Of a stretch of DNA of 64,000 bases, positions 26,725 through 41,290 are shown piece after piece. Below the pieces are notes generated by a model. That model was not told the origin of the DNA and did no database searches. It worked only from the letters and a program-made list of their open reading frames with translations. A program made the position numbers and the translations under genes. This stretch comes from Macrostomum lignano (taxonomy: Eukaryota): positions 124,001 through 188,000 of the forward strand of contig NIVC01001944.1 in assembly GCA_002269645.1 (NCBI GenBank), read 5' to 3'. The first letter of the stretch is position 1. The number at the start of each line of letters is the position of its first letter.

Positions 26725-27640
26725 CTGTATCCCACACCCTTTCCCATCTCACACCCTTTCCCATCCCACACCCTTTCCCATCCCACACCCTTTCCCATCT
26801 CACACCCTTTCCCATCTCACACCCTTTCCCATCTCACACCCTTTCCCATCTCACACCCTTTCCCATCTCACACCCTTTCCCATCCCACACTCTTTCCCAT
26901 CTCACACCCTTCCCATCTCACACCCTTTCCCATCCCACACCCTTTCCCATCGCACACCCTTTCCCATCCCACACCCTTTCCCATCCCACACCCTTTCCTT
27001 TCCCACACCCTTTCCCATCCCACACCCTTTCCATTCCACACCCTTTCCCATCCCACACCCTTTCCTTTCCCACACCCTTTCCCATCCCACACCCTTTCCT
27101 TTCCCACACCCTTTCCCATCCCACACCCTTTCCTTTCCCACACCCTTTCCCATCCCACACCCTTTCCCATCCTACACATTTTCCAATCTCACACCCTTTC
27201 CCATCCCACACCCTTTCCTTTCCCACACCCTTTCCCATCCCACACCCTTTCCTTTCCCACACCCTTTCCCATCCCACACCCTTTCCTTTCCCACACCCTT
27301 TCCCATCCCACACCCTTTCCCATCCTACACATTTTCCAATCTCACACCCTTTCCCATCCCACACCCTTTCCTTTCCCACACCCTTTCCCATCCCACACCC
27401 TTTCCTTTCCCACACCCTTTCCCATCCCACACCCTTTCCCATCCCACACCCTTTCCCATCCCACACCCTTTCCTTTCCCACACCCTTTCCCATCCCACAC
27501 CCTTTCCCATCCTACACATTTTCCAATCTCACACCCTTTCCCATCCCACACCCTTTCCTTTCCCACACCCTTTCCCATCCCACACCCTTTCCCATCCTAC
27601 ACATTTTCCAATCTCACACCCTTTCTCATCTCACATCTCT
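26725..27640 (+). repeat. 17-bp minisatellite CCACACCCTTTCCCATC
   Basis: About 50 copies with variants. Confidence 0.96.
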
Positions 27641-27659
27641 CATCCCACATACTTTCCCT

Positions 27660-28342
27660 GTCCCTAACGCTATCACACGCCCTGTCACACACCATGTCAC
27701 ACACCCTGTCACACACCATGTCACACACCATGTCACACACCATGTCACACACCCTGTCACACACCTTGTCACACACCCTGTCCCACACTCTGTCACACAC
27801 CCTGTCACACACCCTGTCACACACCTTGTCACACACCCTGTCACACACCCTGTCACACATTATGTCACACACCCTGTCACACGCCCTGTCACACACCCTG
27901 TCACACGCCCTATCACACACCCTGTCACACACCCTGTCACACACCATGTCACCACCCTGTCACACACCATGTCACACACCATGTCACACACCATGTCACA
28001 CACCCTGTCACACACCATGTCACACACCATGTCACACACCCTGTCACACGCCCTGTCACACACCATGTCACACACCATGTCACACACCATGTCACACACC
28101 CTGTCACACACCCTGTCACACACCCTGTCACACACCCTGTCACACACCCTGTCACACACCATGTCACACACCATGTCACACACCCTGTCACACGCCCTGT
28201 CACACACCATGTCACACACCCTGTCACACACCATGTCACACACCCTGTCACACACCCTGTCACACACCCTGTCACACAGCATGTCACACACCCTGTCACA
28301 CACCCTGTCACACACCATGTCACACACCCTGTCCCACACTAT
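27660..28342 (+). repeat. 12-bp minisatellite TGTCACACACC(C/A)
   Basis: About 55 copies. Confidence 0.96.
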
Positions 28343-28944
28343 CTCAAATTAAGTTCAGTCTATCACAATGATGTATGAGTACAAATAATTTGTACCATGA
28401 CTAAACCAGAAACATGCAGCAGTGATCCGGGCTGATGGAGGAGCTGCTTAGCCGAAGGTTGCTGTCTGAGGAACTTCTGGGAAACCGGCAATGTGTCCGC
28501 TTGAAAGACAAGTGGGGGGAGGATGAGCGAGGAGCTGCCGACCCGTTGATGGAGCTGGATGCTGGCGCGTCAGCTGCTGCTGCCACGGCGCCCCCCCCGG
28601 TAGCTCCCCAGAATGCAACTGGCTCCGCCCCGGGTGCTAATTGCCTCAGGACAGACCGGCCGGCCGGGCTTCTCCGGAGGCTGGGAGCCGGGCCGCCAGC
28701 GCTGCAACATTTGGCCGGTGAAGTGCGCCGCAATTCCTGCCGATGCCAATTTGCTAAAACTATTTTTTTTGTAAGCGCTGCAAGCTGCAATATTGATTGA
28801 TACGGTTGCCCGGCTGTCTGCTGCGGGCTTGGCCACGAATAATTGTTTGCGAAGATAAAACAACATTGAAAAGCATGATTGAACATGAGAAAATGCTATT
28901 GCACCCTGTTTGTAATCTTAAATAGAAAATTAATGAAACTTCAG

Positions 28945-29620
28945 CATGAATTGAACATAAAGGAAACATAAACGGAACATAAATGGAACATGAATGGAAC
29001 ATAATTGGAACATAAATGGAATATAAAGGGAACATAAATGGAATATAAAGGGAACATAAATGGAACATAAAGGGAACATGAATGGAACATAATTGGAACA
29101 TGAATGTAACATAAAGGGAACATAAATGGAACATAAAGGGAACATGAATGTAACATAAAGGGAACATAAATGGAACATAAAGGGAACATGAATGTAACAT
29201 AAAGGGAACATAAATGGAACATAAAGGGAACATGAATGGAACATAAAGGGAAAATGAATGGAACATAAAGGGAACATGAATGGAACATGAATGGAACATG
29301 AATGGAACATAAAGGGAACATGAATGGAACATGAATGGAACATGAATGGAACATAAAGGGAACATGAATGGAACATGAATGGAACATAAATGGAACATAA
29401 ATGGAACATAAAGGGAACATGAATGTAACATAAAGGGAACATGAATGGAACATAAATGGAACATAAATGGAACATAAATGGAACATAAATGGAACATAAA
29501 TGGAACATAAAGGGAACATGAATGTAACATAAAGGGAACATGAATGTAACATAAAGGGAACATTAATAGAACATAAAGGGAACATGAATGGAACATGAAT
29601 GGAACATGAATGGAACAAGA
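28945..29620 (+). repeat. 11-bp minisatellite GGAACAT(AAA/GAA)(G/T)
   Basis: About 60 copies. Confidence 0.96.
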
Positions 29621-29954
29621 AACAAACATTTCTCATGCTAAATGCGAGAGAGCTCTCAACAAATGAACATCAAACTGACCAAAATGAAGCGCGGAGCAAG
29701 TTGACAGGAAATTCATTTCGCAGTCAGGGAGAATCATGGCTAGGGAGAATTCGATTCACGGGTGGGAAATCAGCGGGCAGCTGATAGGGGAGTTGGCGCC
29801 GCCCCGCAGGTTTGCAGCCTCTGCAGGTCTCTGGGGAGGGAAATTATCCCGCTGCAGGAGTTGGGGGCGGCAGGAGTCCATGGAGCTCTAAACTCGAACT
29901 GTTTTGGTGGAAACCAGCTGGATCTAAAATTCAAACTTCCAAATTAATTTATTT

Positions 29955-30560
29955 ATTCGCATGTTTACACGATTCACAAATCGCTTGGTTCACATGATTA
30001 CATGATTCACATATTTACATAATTCGCATGTTTACATGATTCACATATTTACATAATTCGCATGTTTACACAATTCACATATCTATTGATTCACAGAACT
30101 ACATGATTCACATGTTGACATGATTTACATGTTTACATGACGTACATGTTTACATGATTCACATTTTCACATGATTCACATGTTTACATGATTCAAATGT
30201 TTACATGATTCACATGTTTACATGATTCACATGTTTACATGATTCACATATCTGCATGATTCACATGTATACATAATTGACATGTTTACATGATTCACAT
30301 GTATACATAACTCACATGTTTACATGCTTCACATTATTACATGATTCACGTGTTTACATGATTCACATGTTTACATGATTCACATTATTACATGATTCAC
30401 ATGTTTACATGATTCACATTATTACATGATTCACATTATTACATGATTCACATGTTTACATGATTCACAATATTACATGATTCACATGTTTACATGATTC
30501 ACATGTTTACATGATTCACATTATTACATGCTTCACATTTTTACATAATTCACACGTTTG
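29955..30560 (+). repeat. 17-bp minisatellite ACATGATTCACATGTTT
   Basis: About 35 degenerate copies. Confidence 0.94.
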
Positions 30561-30949
30561 CTCTACTTCACGTGCCCGCTCCAGATGTCCTGTCCGGTTC
30601 TCCACAGCCCCCGGAAGGAGCTGGCGGATTTCAACTGCGAGCTCTGCGGTCCCGAGGGGCAGCTGGCGATTGGCGCGGATGGCGGATGCGATGGCAGGAA
30701 GGGACTTAAATTCGTTTCGCCAGATCAGCGGAGAACTAACCTTGAGCAGTGTTGGTTGCTATGCTGTTGCTATGCTTACTAATGTTGGTATTCGTTTTCG
30801 GTTTGCTTTCATCTGAGCTGGTAATTCTATACTGCTAATGCTGTGCAATGATGCAGGAGTGACCTCGCTGCCTGCCGCCTTGGGCCACTTTGATTCGAAT
30901 TTCTGCTATCAGAGCCTTACTGAAGACACTTCTGCTTCACCTGCCACCT

Positions 30950-31270
30950 CTGTCTACATCTCTTCATCTCCCTACCCTCCCTTATTCTCCTGTTTCTCTG
31001 CTTCCCGTTTCCAATTCGATCTCTGTATACCCCTCTCTCTGTCTCTCCCTCTCCTCCATCTCCATCTCCCTCTCCTCTATCTCCCTCTCCATCTCCCTCC
31101 CCATCTCCCTCTTCATCTCCCTCTCCTCCATATCCCTCTCCATCTCCCTCTTCATCTCCCTCTCCCTCTCCCTCTCCCTCTCCATCTCCATCTCCATCTC
31201 CATCTCCATCTCCATCTCCATCTTTATCTCCATCTCCAATCTCCATCTCTATCTCTTCTCCATCTCCATC
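30950..31270 (+). repeat. CT-rich tract (CTCCAT/CTCCCT)n
   Basis: Hexamer-based pyrimidine tract. Confidence 0.9.
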
Positions 31271-32484
31271 TTCGCTACCTCAGTCTGCCATTCGAGTCTT
31301 ATTTTGTTCATGTTGCGCACATGTAAATACACATTCGCGCTCTTGTATGCAGCAATAGGCTCGCATGTCCAACACAATGAATTGGTGACTCCCTAAGTGG
31401 TCAGAAGAGAAAGTCAGCTGAGACACTCGCACCGCCGGCTATGCGTTCAATTCCTTTTCTGTCTAATTTGATTAAATTTCAGGGCTTAACGCCAACCAAC
31501 CCGAAGAATAAAAAGCAGGAGGGAGAAGTGCCCGGCGTTTCTCACGGTCCCAGCATGGAGCTTCGCGATTCTGACACCATTTTGCCTGGCCAATCAGAAC
31601 CGACCATGCAACTCTCCGGCCTCCCATTGGCTGAGACCCTCAGTTGTAAACTCCTTATGCCTGAGAGAGGGGAGAGAGACAGACAGAAAACGCAGTGCAG
31701 AAAACGCAGGGTTTCAAGCAGCAGAAGTTGGAAGTCTGCTTTGCTACTCGAAGAAGAAGAAGAAGCAGCGCTCTCCCAGACTCCTGTCTCACCCTCCCAT
31801 TTGCTTTTTTTATCTTCCCTTTTTCCCATCCATCGTGTCGCTTCCTTCCGGACATCCCGTCGCGTCCTAATTTCGAAAGACTCCGCGTGTCAGTCCATCT
31901 TCCCTGCAATTTAATTATCCCCAACTGCCTCTTATCCCTGCTCAAATGATAAATACCTCCTGAGCGGCTCTCGGCTTTCTCCCAAGAATTTGATTGACTG
32001 CTCGCTCGCTGTGCTCCGCCTGAGTCCCCTCGAACAAGGTAAATATCAAGAGAGCTTATTTTGTTTAACTCAGCTCAATTGCTCAGAAATCAATGTCCGG
32101 TTGCTGAGTATTAAACAATGGGCGAGGGACTTCTGTTTGCGCTGCCCCGGGGGGCCGGCCACGCCCACTGCCTGCTTCAATCAATCCTGTGCGAAAGTCA
32201 GTCGGGGGGGGGGTGAGAGAGAAAGTGTATTTTTCTTTCAAGAAACTGGCAAACTCTCCTCGGGTCGGTTGGCCCAAGCGACGACTCAATTGACGTGTCA
32301 ATCAAAATTATAAAGTTATAAAAAACTCGGTTAAGCCCCTGGCCTACCTTGATGACACTGATAAATCCCATCGCCTCGTGGAATTTTGAAGCATGTGGGC
32401 GCATGGCAACCGAGTTCGTGCAGTAGCTCCGGGTTGCTACCGAACTTTGTATAAACATACTGCAGTCCTTGAGTTCTCTCCGGC

Positions 32485-33140
32485 TCTCCTTCCTCTCCCT
32501 CCACTCTCCCTCCACTGTCCCTCCACTCTCCCTTCACTCTCCCTCCACTCTCCCTCCACTCTCCCTCCACTCTCCCTCCACTCTCCCTCCACTCTCCCTC
32601 CACTCTCCCTCGACTCTCCCTCCACTCTCCCTCCACTCTCCCTCCACTCTCCCTCCACTCTCCCTCCACTCTCCCTCCACTCTCCCTCCACTCTCCCTCG
32701 ACTCTCCCTCCACTCTCCCTCCACTCTCCCTCCACTCTCCCTCCACTCTCCCTCCACTCTCCCTCCACTCTCCCTCTACTCTCCCTTCACTCTCCCTCCA
32801 CTCTCCCTTCACTCTCCCTCCACTCTCCCTCTACTCTCCCTCTACTCTCCCTCCACTCTCCCTCCACTCTCCCTCCACTCTCCCTCTACTCTCCCTCTAC
32901 TCTCCCTCTACTCTCCCTCCACTCTCCCTCCACTCTCCCTCCACTCTCCCTCTACTCTCCCTCTACTCTCCCTCCACTCTCCCTCCACTCTCCCTCCACT
33001 CTCCCTCCACTCTCCCTCCACTCACCCTTCACTCTCCCTCCACTTTCCCTCCATTCTCCCTCGACTCTCCCTCCTCTCTCCCTCCACTCTCCCTCTATTC
33101 TCCCTCCACTCACCCTTCACTCTCCCTAAACTCGCCCTTC
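32485..33140 (+). repeat. 11-bp minisatellite ACTCTCCCTCC
   Basis: About 58 copies. Confidence 0.96.
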
Positions 33141-35459
33141 ACTCTGCGATTGCTTTCACACAGCCTCTTTCTGTTCTCCTCTGTCAAGGCAGATGCATAG
33201 AAGCCTCAGCAGCTTGATTTCCGGTCCGCTGGCTCATGTATCCACAGGCACCGCACGGTCTGGCGTGGTGCCCAGTTGCTATAGTAGAAGCAGAGAGTTT
33301 GCCCACCTGAAAAGCCGAGCATTTTGCTACATTGCATTGCCCCAGAAATTCGTTCTAAAGCGCATTGCTGCTGGCGTGTAGGCGGTGGCTCCCCGGCAGT
33401 AAACTTATCCGAGCACTGGAACTGAGAGCCTGTAACCCACACCTGTGAGCCACCTGCAATTCGAGTGGCACCGCAGCGCTCCCGCATAGAACGGGAAGTC
33501 CATGGAGAGCAGGGAAGAAGCGGTTCAAAAGCTGCATTGCTAGAAAATTTCATAGGAAAATTTCCCCTTTTTCCCCATCCTCTTTTCTCCCACAACCTCC
33601 ACTCCCTGCAGCATCTCCTTGCAGCGAGATCCGCTGCCCCCGGGTCTCAGGCAGCTTTGAGGATCTCTTGTAGCACTCTCTATATGGATGGGCTGGGAGG
33701 ATGATGTCCTCAACAATATGGACTCCCAAAAAGCCCCCCCCCAGACAGACTGCAGGGCTGCCATCCCCCCAGCCCGAGGCGAAACAGGCTTTCCAATCAG
33801 CCGGGAGTTTCTCGCCCTCGCCCAACCGTCTTTGTCCTTGAGATTCAAAGCTGCGAATGCAGGTCCTGCTCGCCTTTGAAGTGCTGCACAGGACACGCCA
33901 GGCGATCCTTGAACTGGCGGGCGGGCGACGACCTTGCAGCTGACAGACCCGGAGGTCCATTCCAATTAAGAAATGACAACTGGGGATCGGGATGCCCTTC
34001 GATTAGGAAATTGGGATGAAATGCGAACACATCAACTTCAGTGGGATTTTGAATAGCTATTAGAACTTTGAATTCCGTGTCGCTTGGCCAGAGGGTTAAG
34101 CGAAGCCGGCTGTGGTTAGTACGCAGCTCCTCTCAAAGCAGTCACTGTTAGATACTGACAATAAGAAGTCAGGGCTGTTTTACACCTTGCATGAGCGTGC
34201 TCAGGGGTCGCGGCACGTAAACTTTCACCCAAAAGCCTCTCAATTGCGTTGAAGCACCATAGACAGCGTTGGTAGGCTTACGGTAGGCTCCCATTGTCAG
34301 AGACCCAACGGAAGAGCACGAACCCCCTCCCCGCTGGCCGAATTAATTTCCTAGAAAAGCGCCGCTCCCCCGTCAGTTTCTGAGCGCCATCTCAAAGCCG
34401 AGAATGGCAAACGACTTTGTCAAACTCCGGGCCGCTCCTCATCTGAAAGGGAAGCGGCAATGCCTGACAAGTTATTCCTCATCAGTCACTCGCGAGCTGG
34501 AGGCTGGGGCGAGCAACCAAAGGCAGCAAAAGCAGAGCCGGGTCAGCCTCATCACAGAGCAACAGCTCCCTGCTCTTCCTCCTTTGTGCCCTCCGCGCGC
34601 CTCGCCGCCACCGCAGCCACCGCCCGCCCTTTGTGCGTGGCCAGAGGCGGCGGCTCTCGCGGTCGAGAGCAGAAATTCGATTATTCCAAGTCGCTTCACT
34701 TTGCCGCGCGCAAGTTTTCTGTATTATGATATTCCTCACCTCCGTTCCCAGATGAAGATGACTCACTGCGCTTGGAGACTTTTTTGTCTTCGCCTTTGAG
34801 CTGCTACGAGTGAAGGTAGAGATGCAGCTCTGATCCTGTCAGATCTGAGCACAGCTCCCGGTCTTCTCCCATTTGCCATTCCATTTATTTTTTCGCTGTC
34901 GCGGAACTGTGCAAACAGACTCCGACATCATGCCGAACCTCCTTTTTGTCCAACAAAGAACTTCCCTTTCAAACCGCGGCTTTGGGGGCTGCCGGCTTAT
35001 GTTTGAGTGGTCATTCTCGAATAAATAAATGAATATTGGAGCTAAGCTTGTTTTTCCACAAAACATTTCCTCCATTGCGCATACGAGCTGCCCTGTACCT
35101 CCTGTTTGCCAAGGTTGATAGGACCTTCTCTATACTGTTTGCTGTCGGGCCTCCCCACCTGTCTGCAGTTGTCAGTGCAGGGTCAATATAAAAGCCTTTG
35201 AAGCGGATTCTGCCCCATGCCGACAGATCAACCCCTCCCCCCCTGCGCGCTCCCCCAGATTTCCCAAGACACCGATATCCCCGGCCTTTTATTGTCAACA
35301 ATAAAAACCGCTTTTTATTAACGCCCTCGAGGTGTCGGCAGTGGCTGCTGCACTTTACGGATTCTGGACAGAGTGAAGTTGAATTGGTTGCCATGCGGAG
35401 CGATCCAATTATCAAACTGAGCTGAGTTCATGCTCCAGCACAACTTTATGTCTCACTTT

Positions 35460-35795
35460 GCCTCCCTTCTCCCCTCTCCTTCTCTCATCTCCCCTCTCTT
35501 CTCTCTTCTCTCCTCTCTTATCTCATCTCTAATATTATCTCATCTCTCCTGACTAGCTCATCTCTCCTCTCTTCTCATCTCTTATCTCATCTCTTCTCTT
35601 ATCTCTCCTCTCTTCTCTTCTCTTCTCTCATCTCTCATCTCATCTCTCCTTCGTTCTCTCATTTCTCCTCTCCTCTCTCATCTCATCTCTATTATCCAAT
35701 CTCTCCTCTCTTCTCTCATCTCCACTCTCTTCTCTCATCCCCCCTTCTCTTATCCTTCAGCGCCCTTATTTTCTCTCTATCCTTTGCCCTCTCTT
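35460..35795 (+). repeat. CT-rich low-complexity tract
   Basis: tctct/tctca words. Confidence 0.88.
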
Positions 35796-36867
35796 GTCTC
35801 AATGTTCCACCCACACCAGGCCGCAGGCAAAGCAAAGGTATCTTTAAAAATCGAACACTTCAGAGGATGAGAATCTGTAGACCAGAGAACGGCAGCCACT
35901 GAGAGAGCAGACACAGTTCCGACTGCTGGCTCTAAAAGCAGAAAGCAAAGTATCGAACGAAACTAGACCTTAGCAACAAGCTAAAAAATTGAAAATTTAT
36001 TCAACCAAACTGCCCCAGTCGGCTTCTCCAGACTGCATCGATCCGAGCGCTGCGAGTTAATTACTGGACTGCGGACCCACCTGTCAGCGGGATGGGGGAG
36101 GGCGGTTGGCGACTCAAAAGTCAGTCTGGGTGTACACAGGCTGTCAGTCTAACGGCCTTGGAGATTTTAATCACTTTCAGCCGCGCAAGGGGGGGGGGGT
36201 TGAGGCTCTGCTAGAAAGCAATCGATGAGCAGAGCTCTATATTTATTTTCACAGTTAACTAAGCACCATCGCCATTGTCCATTGTTGTCCTGGCCATTCT
36301 GCATCTTTCCGACTAAAAGCAAGAAACTCAGTCTCAAACCTTAGTTGGTGTCAGTTTTCTGCGGCTGTGGGCTCCTCAAACAATGGAAGATCCGCCACCT
36401 CGAGACAGGGAGACCCATTGTTCTCATAGATCCCGGATGTGGATCTCCAGTTGGCATCAGCCAAGGTCAGAGAACCGTTACAAACTTACATATAGAAAAC
36501 TGACACTGAAAAACCTCCTTGACAAATATGAACCCTGGGTCGGCTCGATGGCCGTGTCGGGTGTGCTCAGAGCAAACAGCTCAAGCCTGTTTCCAATGGG
36601 GTCTCAGTTCTGGAGCATTTGTTTAAATTGCGGATTAAAACTGGATTTATTGAACTTCCTGGCTAGGGCTTTTTGGGCTTCACTGCGGTGGGTTTTCTTT
36701 GAAGTTTTCGTTTCTTAGCAAAATACGGCTGGTGCTGGAATCCCGCGTTCCGGTTCGCTCGCTTCCTCCGAACCTCGGAATCGAAATCTGCGAAGAGTGG
36801 CAACTGAGCTAGTGGCCCGTGACTGAAACCTATGCATGGACACCTGGACTGCCCGTCTGGACTGGGG

Positions 36868-37764
<897 letters not shown>

Positions 37765-38387
37765 TGCCGAGATCAAATACGAGCCGTCGGTTGGCTCAGG
37801 TGGGGCGCTGGGTCGAGCGTCAGGTTACGGTTCATATTCGGATGAAGGTGCTGAAGAGGCGGCCATTTGTCCCGAACCCCCCCCCCCCTTAAGCTGACGA
37901 AGCGAAAAAGTATCTCAAACAGAAGAAGTATAAATTATAATCATAAAAGAAGCCATAAGTTCTTGCCCGGCTCCACCAGGAAATTTCAGGATTTGCTTAC
38001 GCGCGGTGTTTATCCACCCCCCCCCCCCTGGCGTGGCGCCGTAAAGGACCGAGACGGCCTGGGGTTGGTGCTGTGCAAATAAACCCAGCAGCCAGCAATA
38101 GTCTATCTTTCTCTCTTCTAGAAGCAAGTGCCAAACAGACCGGTTTGCTGCTGTCTTGGATGGGGCGCTGGGCGGCCCTGATCAAGGCACCTGGACTCAG
38201 TTTAGTTAGTCAGCTGATCGGGCCTCTGACAGTTCGCTTGATTTATTATTTCTGTTTGTCGCGGACTGAACTGACCCCTCATCCCCGACCCCCACCTCAA
38301 AGGCCGGGAGTGACAGCTTTCGATACATATCGGGAGCTTCTACCGCAGGAGATTTTCCTTTTGTCTTTACCAACCTTTCTATTTTTA

Positions 38388-39155
38388 TCTCCTGTCTCCC
38401 TTCTATCTCCCCTGTCTCCCTTCTGTCTCCCTTCTGTCTCCCTTCTGTCTCCCTTCTGTCTCCCTTCTGTCTCCCTTCTGTCTCCCTTCTGTCTCCCTTC
38501 TGTCTCCCTTCTGTCTCCATTCTGTCTCCCTTCTGTCTCCCTTCTGTCTCCCTTCTGTCTCCCTTCTGTCTCCCCTGTCTCCCTTCTATCTCCCCTGTCT
38601 CCCTTCTGTCTCCCTTCTGTCTCCCTTCTGTCTCCCTTCTGTCTCCCTTCTGTCTCCCTTCTGTCTCCCTTCTGTCTCCCTTCTGTCTCCCTTCTGTCTC
38701 CCCTGTCTCCTTTCTATCTCCCCTGTCTCCCTTCTGTCTCCCTTCTGTCTCCCTTCTGTCTCCCTTCTGTCTCCCCTGTCTCCCTTCTATCTCCCCTGTC
38801 TCCCTTCTATCTCCCCTGTCTCCCTTCTGTCTCCCTTCTGTCTCCCTTCTGTCTCCCCCTGTCTCTCTTCTGTCTCCCTTCTGTCTCCCTTCTGTCTCCC
38901 TTCTGTCTCCCTTCTGTCTCCCCCTGTCTCTCTTCTGTCTCCCTTCTGTCTCCCTTCTGTCTCCCTTCTGTCTCCCTTCTATCTCCCCTGTCTCCCTTCT
39001 GTCTCCCTTCTATCTCCCCTGTCTCCCTTCTGTCTCCCTTCTATCTCCCCTGTCTCCCTTCTGTCTCCCCGGTCTCCCTTCTGTCTCCCCTCTCTCCCTT
39101 CTGTCTCCCCCGGTCTCCCTTTTATCTCCCCCCTGTCTCCCTTCTGTCTCCCTCT
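38388..39155 (+). repeat. 11-bp minisatellite CTGTCTCCCTT
   Basis: About 70 copies with shorter variants. Confidence 0.96.
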
Positions 39156-39440
39156 GTCAACAAGGGAGCACTGGAGGTGCTAATTGCTCCCTCCATTCCA
39201 ACTGGCCCAAGCGCAGGTTGTCAAGGCCCCGCTCTCCAGCATTCTAATTTCTAACCAAAAAATTAAAGTCAGCTTTCAAGCCAATTTTTCCCAAACATTT
39301 TTTCAGTTTTTTTGCATAGAAAAAGAATAGAAGGGCGGAGCAGTCAGGGGTTGTTGTCACGGCGCTTCACCTCTGCCTCCACTAATATCCCCCTCACGGA
39401 GCCTCACAAAGATCCCTTTTACTCACTTAGGTGACTGAGC

Positions 39441-39492
39441 CAAGGAATTCTAAACCTAGCAAGTCTAGACTTGCTAGGTTTAGAATTCCTTG
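39441..39492. other. 52-bp perfect palindrome flanked by direct repeats
   Basis: CAAGGAATTCTAAACCTAGCAAGTCT|AGACTTGCTAGGTTTAGAATTCCTTG, with ACTGAGC immediately on both sides (39434-39440 and 39493-39499). Confidence 0.95.
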
Positions 39493-39884
39493 ACTGAGCA
39501 CACACACACACAGGGAAGGAACTCCCTGACTGCATGGGGCCTGAGAAGTGGCAACTACCCTGAGTCGGGACGCACGGGCGCGCGAGCGGACTCAAAGCGG
39601 GGCTGCAGCTCTGGGCCCGCCCTCCTTAGGGAGAGCCCACTTAAAACTTCGTCCAGCACAGCCTGAGCTGCGGGCAATCATTTCTGCCTTGAATCCAGGA
39701 GCGAATTATGAGGGTTGCTGGGTTTCAAAAATTGGACTTGACAGGGACTTCAGTGTGAGGATCTGTTACGGTTTGGGGGACTTTAAATCCTTAGCGCAGT
39801 CTTCACTTCAGTAATAATGCATGCCGACGGGAGAGCCATTTTCGTAGCTCAGTGGCAGCCTCGGGTGGCCTTTTCATTTGTCCT

Positions 39885-40285
39885 TCCTCACTCTCTCCCT
39901 CTTCCTCACTCTCTCCCTCTTCCTCACTCTCTCCCTCTTCCTCACTCTCTTCCTCTTCCTCACTCTCTCCCTCTTCCTCACTCTCTCCCTCTTCCTCACT
40001 CTCTCCCTCTTCCTCACTCTCTCCCTCTTCCTCACTCTCTCCCTCTTCCTCACTCTCTCCCTCTTCCTCACTCTCTCCCTCTTCCTCACTATCTCCCTCT
40101 TCCTCACTCTCTCCCTCTTCCTCACTCTCTCCCTCTTCTTCACTCTCTCCCTCTTCCTCACTCTCTCCCTCTTCCTCACTCTCTCCCTCTTCCTCACTCT
40201 CTCCCTCTTCCTCACTATCTCCCTCTTCCTCACTCTCTCCCTCTTCCTCACTCTCTCCCTCTTCTTCACTCTCTCCCTCTTCCTC
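39885..40285 (+). repeat. 18-bp minisatellite CTTCCTCACTCTCTCCCT
   Basis: About 22 copies. Confidence 0.97.
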
Positions 40286-41194
40286 CATCCGCCTCATTCT
40301 CTATCTCTATTTCTATCACCCTCTCAATCTAACTATATCCCTCCCTCTACCTCACTGCCTACCTTTCGATCTCTATCTGAATCTCCCCCTACTCCATCTC
40401 CATCTACTTCTCCCTCGCCGAGTCAAACTCTATTTCAAGGCATTCCAGTCAAAGAAAGAGAGGATCGTGACACGCTCGAAATTCTCAGAAAGTTCCCCCA
40501 GTCTTGGGTCAGCTATGAACTCTATCCAGCTACCTGCATTTCTCTGCAGTACTTTTCTATACCCTTGATTGTGATTGTCTCTGATGGGGCTTCGCACCTA
40601 CACAGAGAGAATCTCCTTCTCCCAATGCCTGCCGCGGATGGCCATCCAGCCAAGGTTATCTAAAATCAGATGGGACAGCTCCCCAGACTCAGGCTGCCAC
40701 TTCAAAATCCCAGATCCTGGCAGTTATGGCCAAGAGGATTAACAGCTGAGAGCGGGCGCGAGCTCGTCAGGGTTGTTACTAAGGCGGGGGGAGCGGGGAT
40801 CTCCGAGCCCAGCGCGGGACACGCACGGGGAGTTTAAGAAAACGAGTTCCGGGTCCCCGAGACTCGCTCGCAAAGTTTTCGGTCGGGAGGGGGGGCGCCT
40901 TCGAGCTCTTCTGGGGTCGGCGAGGCGTGGCTGATGAACGCGATGGAGCTCTGGCCCGTCGAGGACCCTCGACAGCTGCTGTGTTTTGGCTGGGATTCTG
41001 TAAGCAAGTGCTCGGTTCGAAAAGAACCGGTTTGTTGGGAGGGAGCAACTGTTTCAGAGCAAATATGCAAAAAATTATTGTTCAGTTTCAATTATTCTCC
41101 GATAAGTTACACTGACAAAGGCTGCCTTTCTAACTCAATAGATGAACAAAGACTAGACAAGGAATCACAAATTGTTTTAAAAAGTCATATCGAA

Positions 41195-41290
41195 TGAGGA
41201 AACTCATCAAAACAAAGACTTAATGAATGAGAAATCCCATCGGAACAAAGACTTTATGAATGAAAATTCTCATCGGAACAAAGACTTCTC
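41195..41290 (+). repeat. Short ~36-bp tandem repeat (GAATGA...CATCGGAACAAAGACTT)
   Basis: About 3 imperfect copies just upstream of the protocadherin start. Confidence 0.7.

Noticed and set aside
39803-40297. (EEEGES)n acidic ORF
   Set aside because: Reverse translation of an 18-bp DNA repeat, open in multiple frames.
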